A DNA stretch of 64,000 nt from Octopus vulgaris (taxonomy: Eukaryota): positions 10,788,001 through 10,852,000 of the forward strand of contig OX597822.1 of assembly GCA_951406725.2 (NCBI GenBank), given 5' to 3'. Positions 26,725 through 40,059 of the stretch are shown here, piece by piece; positions within the stretch are counted from its first letter, which is position 1; each line of letters begins with the position of its first letter. Below the pieces are notes generated by a model. That model was given only the letters and a program-made list of their open reading frames with translations, made no database searches and had not been told where the DNA came from. A program made the position numbers and the translations under genes.

Positions 26725-26756
<32 letters not shown>

Positions 26757-26890
26757 AAGAGAGAGAGACAGAGAGACAGAGAGATGTGCATATATCTGCT
26801 TATAAGAATTTTGTTATTTGCGCATTTATTTTATATATTTTTGTATAAATCTTCCGGACACCCTCCCCCCTCACACACATATGTCCACAT

Positions 26891-26946
<56 letters not shown>

Positions 26947-27704
26947 AAGTATGCATACTTATGCATATGTATGTTTATATATACAATCACATATATATAC
27001 GTGATTGTGTGTGTGTGTGTGTGTGTCTGCGAATAGAGATCCCCTCACATATATCTTTCAATTTTATTGTATTTTGTTTTTTTAGTTTTTCTTTCTCCAT
27101 TTCCTATTGAAGTTAATTCAAAAAGCGGCTTAAAAAGTTGTGTTAGTTTCTAGGTGACTGAAGGTGACTAAAAGCTGTTGGCCATCAGGAAGATGTGTTT
27201 TGTACAGATGACAGCGGTGGTAGTAGTGATTTGGTGGTGGTTGTGGTGGTGATGGCTAGGACGATAAATCATTTGTGCCCCCATTATTACAAGAGACTGG
27301 TTTCGAACGTGAAACATTAACAGCAATAAAAAATATTAAAATAGAAAAAAAAAGGGGGAAACAAGCACAACTGAGATGACAATAATAAATACTGATAAGG
27401 ATGATGATGATGATGATGAAGATCGTGATGATGGTGGTTGTGGTGGTGGCGAAGGTGGTGTCAGCAAAAGACAAAATGCTACAAGAATTGGTGACGGAAC
27501 TATATGTTGGTGAGTGAATTGAATTAAGTTGATGAAGGGTGAAAAGCAGAGGTACACGAATAAAGAATTTTAAATACACACATGCGCACACACACACACA
27601 CACACACACAGACACACAAGCTCACACACACATACGCATGCATACATGCATGTATGTATGTATATCTGTATGTATATATGTATATGTATATCTATATCTA
27701 TCTG

Positions 27705-27808
<104 letters not shown>

Positions 27809-27858
27809 TCAGTAATAATATAGGGTGAAAGTTTAAGTAATACTAAGTAATTAAGGGT

Positions 27859-28128
<270 letters not shown>

Positions 28129-28148
28129 TTTCTCTCTGTATTTTCTAT

Positions 28149-28183
28149 ATTTCTGATGAAGAGCTCTGCTCGAAATGTGAAAT
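28149..28183 (+). ncRNA. Minimal hammerhead ribozyme motif, probably inactivated
   Basis: ATTT-CTGATGA-A-GAGC tct GCTC-GAAA-TGT-G-AAAT; core intact but the cleavage triplet is GUG. Confidence 0.6.
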
Positions 28184-28278
28184 CCTGTTTCTTTTCTTTC
28201 CTTTCCTCAGTGTCCAATAACACAGTACTTTGTTCCACGTACTCGCGTTATTCTTTTTCCTTGCTTGTTCTAGTTTGG

Positions 28279-28376
<98 letters not shown>

Positions 28377-28406
28377 ATATATATGTATGTATGTATGTAT
28401 ATGTAA

Positions 28407-28494
<88 letters not shown>

Positions 28495-28734
28495 AGACAA
28501 TGTGAAATTAAAAAAGAATTAATAAAAGTAAAAATATGAACGGTACATCTCCTCAGGAATGACAATAAAAATGACTGAGTTGTTGTTGTTGTTGATGGTG
28601 GTGGTGGTAGTGGTGGTTCTGGTGATGTTGCTGCTGCTGGCGACACCGGTGGTGGTGCTGGCGCTGGTTGTCTTTTTAATGTTTGTGTCATGGTAGCTGT
28701 GATGGATGCGGTGTAGTCGCAGGGGATGAAATGT

Positions 28735-28910
28735 GGAGGCAGCGTGGCCAGATGGTTAAGGACTTTATTTCATATTCAAGAGGTTTCAGGTTCAATACTA
28801 CTGCTTGGTACTTTGGGTAAGTCACGTTTTTTTTCCTTCTACTATTGCCTTTAATCAATTCAGGCCCTATGACGGAAAATGAACATTCGAAAACTGTATG
28901 GAAGCCTGAT
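28735..28910 (+). mobile_element. Degenerate tRNA-derived SINE head
   Basis: GGAGGCAGCGTGGCCAGATGGTTAAGG...GGTTCAATAC...TTGGGTAAGTC. Confidence 0.6.
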
Positions 28911-29459
28911 ATATGGGTTTTACATGTAATTCATTTTGCCATAAAATTCATTTTTACAAATTCATTTTGTCATAAAATGTGTCTAAGAATTACGTTAAAG
29001 GTGTACAAGTCTGCGGTATACTCAACCATCTACATGGTACATAGTAATTCAATCGATGGATCAACTACGATATCATTCTGATGATCCATTTACTTACTTT
29101 ATTTGTTGTAGTGGTAAAGAGGTGATAATGGTCGTGAGAGTGGTGATTGTGTTGGTGGTTGTAGTAGTAGCAAGAAGTTGGTGGTGGTGGTGGTAGTAGT
29201 AGTAGTAATAGTGGTGGTGGTGGTGGTAGTAGTGGTGGTGGTGTAAATATGGGAGATAATTGTGGCTTTGTTGGTGATGTGGAGGTAATAAAGGTATTTG
29301 TTCTGGTTTCAGTGGTTCTGTAATGTGTAGTAGTTATGGTGACAGTTGTGGTATTATGAAGACAGTGATGGATGTTAAAGTGGTATCGGCGATAGCACTG
29401 TGATTGTTCCGACAGCCGCAACAGCACTAGTCTTTGTAGTTGTTGTAAAGCCATCGCTT

Positions 29460-29514
<55 letters not shown>

Positions 29515-29595
29515 GGTGGTGGTGGTGATGGTGGTGATGTCAAGATAGTAGTTGTCATTATAGAGTGATTGTAATATTCTTTTCTACTCTAGGCA

Positions 29596-30071
29596 CGCCG
29601 CAGTATTTCGTCTGCCGCTACGTTCTGAGTTCAAATTCCGCCGAGGTCAACTTTCCCTTTCCTCCTTTCGGGGTCGATTAAACAAGTATCTATTACGCAC
29701 TGGGGTCGATATAATCGATTTAATCCGTTTGTCTGTCCTTGTTTGTCCTCTCTGTGTTTAGCCCCTTATGGGTAATAAAGAAATAGGTATTTCTACCGTC
29801 TGTCTTTACGTTCGGAGTTCAAACTACCAAATGCTAACATTTCAGCCAGCTCGCCGCAGTATTTCGTCTGCCGCTACGTTCTGAGTTCAAATTCCGCCGA
29901 GGTCAACTTTCCCTTTCCTCCTTTCGGGGTCGATTAAACAAGTATCTATTACGCACTGGGGTCGATATAATCGATTTAATCCGTTTGTCTGTCCTTGTTT
30001 GTCCTCTCTGTGTTTAGCCCCTTATGGGTAATAAAGAAATAGGTATTTCTACCGTCTGTCTTTACGTTCGG
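29596..30071 (+). mobile_element. SINE family B fragment duplicated in tandem (220 bp twice, period 256)
   Basis: 29596-29815 and 29852-30071 appear identical, including private variants. Confidence 0.9.
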
Positions 30072-30154
30072 GTGCATAACTACCAAATCTTTACTGAGCA
30101 TTTTAAGCAGTAATCTGTTCTTGATGTACATCCGTAATGTAATTTAAAAAGTAA

Positions 30155-30329
30155 TTACGTGCAGATGTACGATAAGAAGCTCGCCTTCCAAACACATGGT
30201 TCTGAGTTCAATCCCACTACGTGGCACCTTCAGTAAGTATTTTTTACCATAGCTGACCAAGTGTTTTTTACGGGCTGACCAAAGCCTTGCGAGTGGATTT
30301 GGTAAACAAAAAGTGAAAGAAATCCGTTG

Positions 30330-30419
<90 letters not shown>

Positions 30420-30540
30420 TGTGTGCATGTGTAAAATAACTAGCATTCGTCAGTTACGACGACGAGTGTTCCAGTTGATCAGATTAACAGAACAGCCTGT
30501 TCGTAGAATTTAGGTACAATCGGCTGAGCACTCCACAGAT
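30155..30540. mobile_element. Degenerate SINE A head (+, about 30155-30330) and SINE C tail (-, about 30443-30540)
   Basis: CACATGGTTCTGAGTTCAATCCCACTACGTGGCACC...GAGTGGATTTGGTAAAC; 30443-30540 is the reverse complement of the tail at about 44830-44925. Confidence 0.65.
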
Positions 30541-30847
30541 AGAGGGTCTTCGGAATCAGTAGGACTCAATCATAGATGTGTTCACGCATTTTTGAATACA
30601 TTGTATACCATTTAACACAGTTCACTGTTTTTACATTCTCCTTATCTTCATCTTTTATGAAAAACCCTGCACAAAATGTAAACTCATCCGAAGACCTCCT
30701 TGCAAATAAAAGAAATTGTTGTTGTTGTTGTTGTTCTTCTTCTTCTTATTATTATTATTATTATCATTATCATCATTATTATAATAATAAAAATAATAAT
30801 TATTATTATTATTATCATCAATCATTATCATTCTTCTTCTTCTTCTT

Positions 30848-30878
<31 letters not shown>

Positions 30879-30903
30879 TTATTATTATTATTATTATTAT
30901 TAT

Positions 30904-30942
<39 letters not shown>

Positions 30943-31018
30943 CAGTAGTAGTAGTAGTATTAAATCATTATTATTATCATCTTCATCATCATCACCACCA
31001 TCATCATCATCATCATCA

Positions 31019-31082
<64 letters not shown>

Positions 31083-31257
31083 TACTACTACTACTACTAT
31101 TATTATTATTATTATTATTATTATTAAAGCAGTTGTTTTTATTGTTTTTATTGTTAACGTTATTGTTAGAGTGAAAATTGCTTATCATTAATACTAAAAA
31201 ACACCAGCACCGTCGTCGGAGTTGTCGGAGTCGTCGTCGTCATCATCATCATCATCG

Positions 31258-31304
<47 letters not shown>

Positions 31305-31923
31305 GTCGTCATCATCGTCTTCGTCATCGTCGTCATCATCATCAACATCGTCATCATCGTCAACATCGTCATCATCATCGTTGCCATCATCGTCGTCATC
31401 ATCGTCTTCGTCGTCGGAGTCACCATATTTCTTTTCGTTTCATTCAAATTCATGTTCGCTAAAAATCTTGTTTCATCAACAAATTGATGAACAGAATGGA
31501 ATGAGTTGGAAGATATTAATGAAATTTCAGTAATACTTTTATATATACAAATAGTAATGAAAAAAAAACATTAAAAAAGAAACAAATACAATAATAATAA
31601 TGACGATGATGATGATGATAACAACAACAACAGTATTACAAAGGAACATTAGCAAAAATTGAGAAATTGAGAATATATGTATGTGCGTGTGTGTGTACAC
31701 ACATAAACACAGATAAGCGCGCACACACATGCTCTCTCTCTTGCATACACATACACACATACACGTACATACACAAACATACACAGACACACAAACAAGC
31801 AAACAAATGAACGAGCAAGCACACACACACACACGTAACAAGCCATATACACACCGGAGTATTGAACAAATAAACACGGAACCTCAGCGCAGCTTGAAGA
31901 AAGATTATATACACACACATACA

Positions 31924-31955
<32 letters not shown>

Positions 31956-33141
31956 CATATATTCATACATACACACACATACATATATGCATATATATAT
32001 ATAAATATATACATACATATGTATGTATATATATTTTTGTATATGTATATGCATATATATATATACATATACATACACACGCATATACATACACACTCAT
32101 ATATATATATATATACACGCACATATATGCATACACACATAGATACATACATACATATATATGTATATACACACGAACACGTTCACACACATACATACCT
32201 ATATGCATGCATATTTATATATATAGATGTATGTACAATACATATATGTATGCGTATACACACATATACAGCTACATATATGTATCTGTGTGTATAATTT
32301 TCTGTTCTTTAATATTGGCTTAAATATGAATGTATACGCGCGCGAGTGTGAGGGAGCGTGTGTGTGTGTGAGTGCGCGCGCGCCTGTGTATGTGTGTGTA
32401 TATGCATGTGTGTGTATGTTTGTGCGCATCTGATAATTTAATAGAAATTAATGAAGTGTGTCAAGCGTCATCATGCATGATACGAAAACAACATTGACAA
32501 TTTTTCTTCAAGTTACCCTGAAATTGCGTGTTTATTTGTTTAATGTTCCGGTGTGTGTGTATGTATTGGTTTCTGTGTGTATGTGTATGACTGCGTGTGT
32601 GTGAATGTGTGTGTGAAGTGGGTGTGCATATATTTATAGCTATAATAGTGGTTTTATTATTACTGCTTGTATTTCATTTCAGGATATTCTAACTGAATAA
32701 AACTCAATATATTTAATATAATACATTTTAATATAATGTGATTTTGTGACATTTATGTTCCTCCAAAAAGCATTATTTATGTTTTAAGGCAACTGAATAA
32801 AGTAACAGAGAATGAAAAGGCAGCGGCAGGAGCATTCTATTATGATAGCTAGTTCTATGTAATGTTTTATCGCCCGAACTATGTGACCTGGACAACGTAT
32901 CTTTGTCCCCTAATTTGGATCATGTGACCGACCAGACCATCAGTTGTTGTTACACATCACGTCACGGTGTTGTTACACGTCACGGTGTCCTTTAACCTAA
33001 GGACACCGTGACGGTGTCGGGCCTATCTGGTGACGTCGATGTTCGCCTGGGGCTAAATGCAACAGTAACACCCCCACCACCCTGCCCTGTCCCTAGCCAT
33101 ATTCAGATGGCTTTAGTCCCTTATGTTATCGAGCAGTTACT

Positions 33142-33234
<93 letters not shown>

Positions 33235-34260
33235 AGCACCCTTTTAGGTGCAGCTCCTCAAACTTTCGTTGTCAAGGTCCAAATAGAGTTGGAAGCGCCT
33301 GACAGAGATGTAACGTCAGCGGCTAAGCTGAGAGCACATGCACAGAGTCGTAATATAATCAGAATACATATCCTTGTATCAAAAGTCCAAGAAATAGTTG
33401 TTAAACTCTTCGGAAAGTCAATAAGAACTATTGCAAAGGACCTCAACCTTTCAGAATGCACCGTCCGAGGAGCTGTGCATGAAGACATCCGGCTCAAGTC
33501 GTATGTGATGCAGAGAGGTCAATTTATATCGGATGTGACAAGTGAGAATTATTTGATCAGTGCAAGAGGCTTTCTAAACAAGTTAAGACATCAAGAGGCT
33601 GGAATGCTTTGAAGTTTCTCAGGTAAGAAAAACTTCGATCAGAACCGACAGAGACCCGAATGGGGTTCCATCGTTCATCATAATAAATTCCTAGCCACTG
33701 TAATGGTTCTAGAAGCCGTCAGTAGCGAGATACACATCATGCCGCCTCGATTTCATTATTTTATTATTTTTTTTTTTGTGGGTGAAGTCTTCATACTCAA
33801 TATCGCTGTCCACACAGTGGCGTTGGAGAATGTTGTGAGGATCTAGATAGACAGAGTAGGCAACAGAAAAATGTACGACTTCCAACAAGGCACTGCGCCA
33901 TCTCATGAATGCATGCCAGTCTTCCTGATCGTGTTCTCCCAAACACATGGCCTTCTAATTCAACAGCATTCAATACAGTATATGGAACGTCGACAAGAGA
34001 GCGGTCAAACAACACCCCCGTAACACCATACTATCTCTCAAGTGCGCTGTCAGCGGTATTATTTCTAAAGATCATCTGATTCGGGCATGCAAATGCTTCC
34101 ACTCACCTATTGAAGCAGACATTGATGCTAACGGTAGATTCATTTAATAGGCGTGATAAAAGGATTCTCAAGATTAATTGTAACAAACTTTTTTTCGAAT
34201 ACAGTTTTTCTTTGAGGATCTATGCATATTTTTCTAAATTCATACACATTATCTTAAACG
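33235..34260 (+). pseudogene. Tc1/mariner-superfamily (maT/DD37D-like) transposase pseudogene
   Basis: KSIRTIAKDLNLSECTVRGAVHEDIRLKSYVMQRGQFIS, FSGKKNFDQ (D motif decayed), VMVLEAVSSEIHIMPP, YDFQQGTAPSH, WPSNS, LIRACKCF; many stops and deletions; element ends uncertain. Confidence 0.82.
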
Positions 34261-34320
34261 TACATGTATATATATATATGCATATATATGTACATGTACG
34301 TGAGTACACGCACGCACACA

Positions 34321-34352
<32 letters not shown>

Positions 34353-36244
34353 TCTGTTGGAATTTTCACAAGACATTACTATATAAATAATTCTCAGAAT
34401 GAGAAGGAAATACCTTATTATTAGCCATCATTGATCCTTATTCGTTGTTGTAACGGCCATGTAACAGGCAATTACATCTGTGGTTGCTAGACCTGCTAGA
34501 AATAATAGCAAAATGTTCTTCACATCGAAACGTCAAACTGAGAAATGTAGTCTTAGGTGCACTGTACCTCCCTCCACTATGGCCGCAGTCTAATGACTGA
34601 AGCAAGTAAAAGACAACAACAAAAAAAACGATGATGATGACAATAACTTCACTATCATCATCATCGTCATCATTGCGACCATAATCACCCGCACCATCAT
34701 CATTAGCATCATAATAATCATCAACATTGTTGTCGTCGTTGCTATCATCGTCCTCGCCGCCATCATCATCATCATCGTCATCAAAGTCGCCTTCTTCGTC
34801 GTTGCCGTCGCGGTCGCATTCATGGTCGCCGTCCTCATCGCCGCTATGGTCAACAGAGATATCGCCGTCGTCGTTGTCGTCGTCGTCACCATCATCATCT
34901 TTATTATCAGCAACAACAACAACAAAATCTGCTCATATGAATCTCGGTCAACAGCGTCTCTCAGTAGCTAATTGACCGAGTAGCACTCTCCATCTCTCAA
35001 TATATAATGAATCCCGAGATTTGACATATCGGATCATATATTTCTGTCGTGTGATATACACGGCTTAACCACAAGTCCAGCACAGTAATGCCAATACACA
35101 ATTAGATGGCTGTTTTCACTTGGTCAGTGTTATGAACAGAAACGATTTCTAACAGAAGTGACGAGAAGAACTGTGACACCCTAGTTTGACCATTGTTCTC
35201 GCCCGGTCACCTATATGAAACAGAGGATTTAGACACATCTTAAAATATAATTCTATCGTGATTTCCACCACTCTCTCTGATTCCTTGTCACTCTTATTTC
35301 TGACGTGACTCAATTTCAATACGGTTAACTACATAAATCGGAAATGATTAAATAACTAGATCATTTCTCTCCTTTCCTAAGTCCATTTCCTCTATAGCAT
35401 GAACCCAGAAGACTTGATCCCGGATCACAATGAATATCATCTCTCTAAACCAGCTATTCACAATTTCTATTTGTTTCTTTCCTTGGTTGACTTTTATGTT
35501 TTAATGTTTGTTTGTTTTTATATTCTTTTCTTTTGTTTCGGATTAGAAGTAAAAAAAAAACAAAAATAGAAAGAAGACTAAAAGAGCGAAGAGAATGGAT
35601 CTTATCTATAATCAATAGTTAGTAATGAAAACCGGTTTTGACCACAAACAGTTTCACGCGGCAGACAGACCTTCTTGCAATGATGGAGTGAAGGAAGTTT
35701 CCAAATGAAACAACCATGGTTTTCTGATAGAGCGAAGCGATAAAAATGAACTACAAGCAGATTTTGTGGCTTTGGACATGAATAGCGATTTCTATAGACG
35801 AGCATAAAATAATATATAACCACATAAAAAGATGTGATATGACATGCATATAGACACGCTCGCACAAATATAAGCACACAAATGCAAACACGAATAGACA
35901 CTCACACAAATGCACACATACACACACACAAGCCTTGCTGCAGTGGCTACAGAGCAGCGAGATGGCAACATAACGGAAAGAGAAAAAAAAATAGCAATAA
36001 GAATATGCAATGGTTATGAACAACAAAAGTAACAGCAATAACAACAACAACGACAACAGCATGAGCAACAACAACAATTAGCCAATTCAGATAAGTCAAT
36101 GACAATGGGAAATGCTAATGAAAACAGAAGCAGATCTTTGATGATTTGATGACAGAGTCAGATTACATATCGTTCGATTTGGTTTCCCCTTTGTAGCCTT
36201 CCAACATATTCTCCTGCATGTCTGGATGGTGACGGCGGAGAATA

Positions 36245-36920
36245 TGGTGGTGGTGGTGGTGGTAATAATGGTGGTGGTGGTGGTGATGGTGTTGGTAGAG
36301 GTGGTAGTGGGGTGGTTGTGGTGGTGTTGGTAGAGGTGGTAGTGGTGGTGGTGGTGGTGGTGGTGGTGGTGATGTTGATAGAGGTGGTAGTGGTGGTGGT
36401 GGCAATGATGGTGGTGGTTGTGGTGGTGGTGTTGGTAGAGGTGGTAGTGGTGGTGGTGGTGGTGGTGGTGATGTTGGTGGTGGGGGGGGGGGTGATGGTG
36501 ATGCTTACGAGGACGATCAAGATCGTGATGATCGTGATGATTAATACCACGACGACGATAATGAGGATGAAGATAATTACAACGTCAGCGACGACGGGGA
36601 TAATGGTGATCATAATAATGATGGCAATGACGATGATGACGATGATGATGATGATGGTGGTGGTGGTGGTGATGAGGTGGTGGTAGAGGCGATGAAGATG
36701 AAAATAGGGGAGTGTTCAGGATAACGATGATGACGATGATGATGACGATGATGATGATGATGACGATGATGACTGCAGTGGTTATGATGGATCTTATGAT
36801 GGTTATGATGGTGGTGGTGGTGGTGGTGGTAACGGTGGTGCTGAAGGTAGTGGTTGTCATACTGTAGTTGTTGTTGCTGTTGTTGTTAGTAATAGTAGTG
36901 GTGGTGGTGGTGGTGGTGGT
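36245..36920. repeat. Cryptic (GGT)n/(GAT)n low-complexity tract
   Basis: Direct reading. Confidence 0.9.
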
Positions 36921-37082
36921 GTTGCGATGGCAGAGATGTTGTGGCGACACCAGAACTCTGCGGGTGATTGCGATGTTGGTCTGATAGATGGACTTCATTA
37001 ACCGTTATCTGTTTTCCTTTAATTTTCTATCAAGCAAATTTTAATAAACGCACATAACACGTACAACGAGAAAACCACGGTG

Positions 37083-37152
<70 letters not shown>

Positions 37153-37300
37153 AAACACACTCAAACACACACACATATATATATATAAGTGTGTGTGAAA
37201 CATAAACATGCAAGCATGTATATCTACACATATATACACTTGTATATACATATATGCACACACACACACACGTAAATATATATATACACATATATATATG

Positions 37301-37380
<80 letters not shown>

Positions 37381-37386
37381 CATATA

Positions 37387-37452
<66 letters not shown>

Positions 37453-37858
37453 CGGATATATATATATATATATATTATATGTATGTATGCATGTATGTAT
37501 GCATGTATATATACTTATACCATACACAGAAAATGCACTCATAAACTTATATATAGATAGATAAATATGTATGAATGTGTTTATGAGTAGACATATATGT
37601 ATGTGTGTATACATGCGTGTATATGTGTATGTGTTTATGTATGCATGCATGTATTAGGAGATACACCCATAGATACTTACATGGCTCTGTGTATATGTAG
37701 GCGTGTTATTGTGTGTTTGTGTGCGTTCATTTGTGTTGCATGCAGGATACTTCTTCATGCATAAATAAATGCACCCGCTGCATGAATTAAGTGCGTAATT
37801 TAATTGCAGACCCTTACGGTTCTAACGCGGCATCGGATTAAGTAAATGCAATACAACT

Positions 37859-37945
<87 letters not shown>

Positions 37946-38106
37946 ATGTATGTGTATATATATATATGTATGTATATATATATATATACATATATATATA
38001 CATACATATATATATATATATGTATATGTATACATATATATACATGTATATATATATATATATGTATGTATATATATATATACATACATATATATATATG
38101 CATATG

Positions 38107-38145
<39 letters not shown>

Positions 38146-38637
38146 TCATATATATAGATATATATATATATATATATACGTACATATATGCATATATACA
38201 TGTGCATTTATATAGGCGTCATGCTTGAATGCATATATTGACTAATTTAAAGAGTTAATGTAGTTTTGATTCTCTGCCAATAATGTTTGCAGCTAACCTA
38301 TTATTGTACACGCAATAAAACACCCGACTCCGTATTCTTGCGTTGTTGCATTCTTGTTCGTAAAAACAAAGCTTGTAGATACCAGATAATGTACTAAATA
38401 CTTCAGGAAATAGAGTGTGTTATATTGTTTATTTTGTGAATAATCATGAACAGACACATTTAGAATCTAAACAGCATTAATTCTATAAAGCATTTACGGA
38501 GTAAAGAATATGGCATGTCTCAATTCCAGAAATTGTGAGGAATATATTTTGTAACTCAGGGTTTTGTTCTTAAGACCTAAACACAGAGCTGTATTGTTGC
38601 CTATAGAAGTACGTATGTAAATATGTATGTATGTATG

Positions 38638-38710
<73 letters not shown>

Positions 38711-38802
38711 TAACATACATTGATTCAATAACACTGTTTACAAACAATATGCTTGGAATGACCAATTTTAAATACTATTGGAACTTACAAGGTAAAGGAA
38801 TG

Positions 38803-38866
<64 letters not shown>

Positions 38867-38953
38867 AGAGTTTACGAAAAAAACGAAAGACGAAGACAGG
38901 TGGTGTACAAAACAAACTGATGTATTAGTATAACGCTCAGGAATAGAAAAAGT

Positions 38954-38988
38954 CTTTTACGTTTCGAGCCTACGCTCTTCTACAGAAT
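38954..38988 (-). ncRNA. Minimal hammerhead motif with a core variant (CUGUAGA)
   Basis: Minus: TT-CTGTAGA-A-GAGC gtag GCTC-GAA-ACGT-A-AA; palindromic ACGT stem III; A6>U change. Confidence 0.5.
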
Positions 38989-39128
38989 GCATGTATACCA
39001 TTCTGCCTAAATAATGAACTACATATATAATATCCCTGCATATCTGACGTCTATTTTCATTTCTCCACTTCACTCTCTATTTCATATCCCATCTAGACTA
39101 ACTATTGCTTAACCATTTTTTCACACTT

Positions 39129-39174
39129 TTTCTGAAGAAGGGATATATAAAATATCCCGGAAACAGCTGTAAGA
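39129..39174 (+). ncRNA. Minimal hammerhead ribozyme motif, intact core
   Basis: TTT-CTGAAGA-A-GGGATAT ataaa ATATCCC-G-GAA-ACAGCTGT-A-AGA: 7-bp stem II, palindromic stem III, GUA cleavage triplet, 3-bp stem I. Confidence 0.72.
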
Positions 39175-39293
39175 CCTATTTATAAATGTTCTGAAATTTT
39201 TCACAGCCTTGGATTTTTATCTCATTCTGTTAAATGTATATATATAATATATATATGAATGTAAGTATATATGTATATATACCTCGATGTACG

Positions 39294-39324
<31 letters not shown>

Positions 39325-39394
39325 ATGAGGGTGTCTAAAAGACACCAACATGCCGAAATAGCAGTCGAAACACTGACTATAGTACCACGTTAAA

Positions 39395-39746
39395 TGTTCA
39401 TATCGCACCATGAGGTAAACCGGAGGGCAAAACATACAAGCAAAAATCTATTGAATAGCCTCGAGACCAAGGATTTCTGGTTCTGCTTTAGATTTTTAGT
39501 CACAATTGAATATATCAAGAAGCCCGTCATAAATATGTATATATATATGCACAGTGTGTCGATGTACTGTCCATATACGTATTGCTTGACATACCGATGC
39601 ATATGGTGTGTTTATGGTCCCCGTCAGTTTGAAGCGGTTCCGCAAAAGATCACCGCATAGAATAAGTACTGGGCTTACATAGAATAAGTCCACGGGTCGA
39701 GTTGGTCGATATAATAAGGCGGTGCTATATGCCGCAGTCAAATGAC

Positions 39747-39750
<4 letters not shown>
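39395..39750 (+). mobile_element. Old SINE family A copy
   Basis: AGAAGCCCGTC...GCGGTTCCGCAAAAGATCACCGCATAGAATAAGTACTGGGCTTAC...GGCGGTGCT...GCCGCAGTCAAATGACT. Confidence 0.75.
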
Positions 39751-39788
<38 letters not shown>

Positions 39789-40059
39789 CTCATCTGGTTT
39801 TAGTTATTTAAATTCTTCTTCTGAAGAAGAAGGAGCTGATTTCTAAAAAAGATACAAAAACTCCATCATCGAAATGTAGTTAACGTAAACGTCACGTTTT
39901 AAACCTGAGATAAGTCTTGTATAGTTCTACTGTTCCTCTTAGAGATTGTATTTGCAATGTGCGAATCAGTTGGTTGGTTTCTTTTTTTTATCTTTGAACA
40001 TCCAAGCTTATCCAGATTAACAGTTAGGCATTTACTTACAAAGCCAAATGCACAAATTA

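Noticed and set aside
30650-30690. Decayed hammerhead-like spacing (TTATGAAAAACCCTGCACAAAATGTAAA)
   Set aside because: Core and stem II both broken; could be chance
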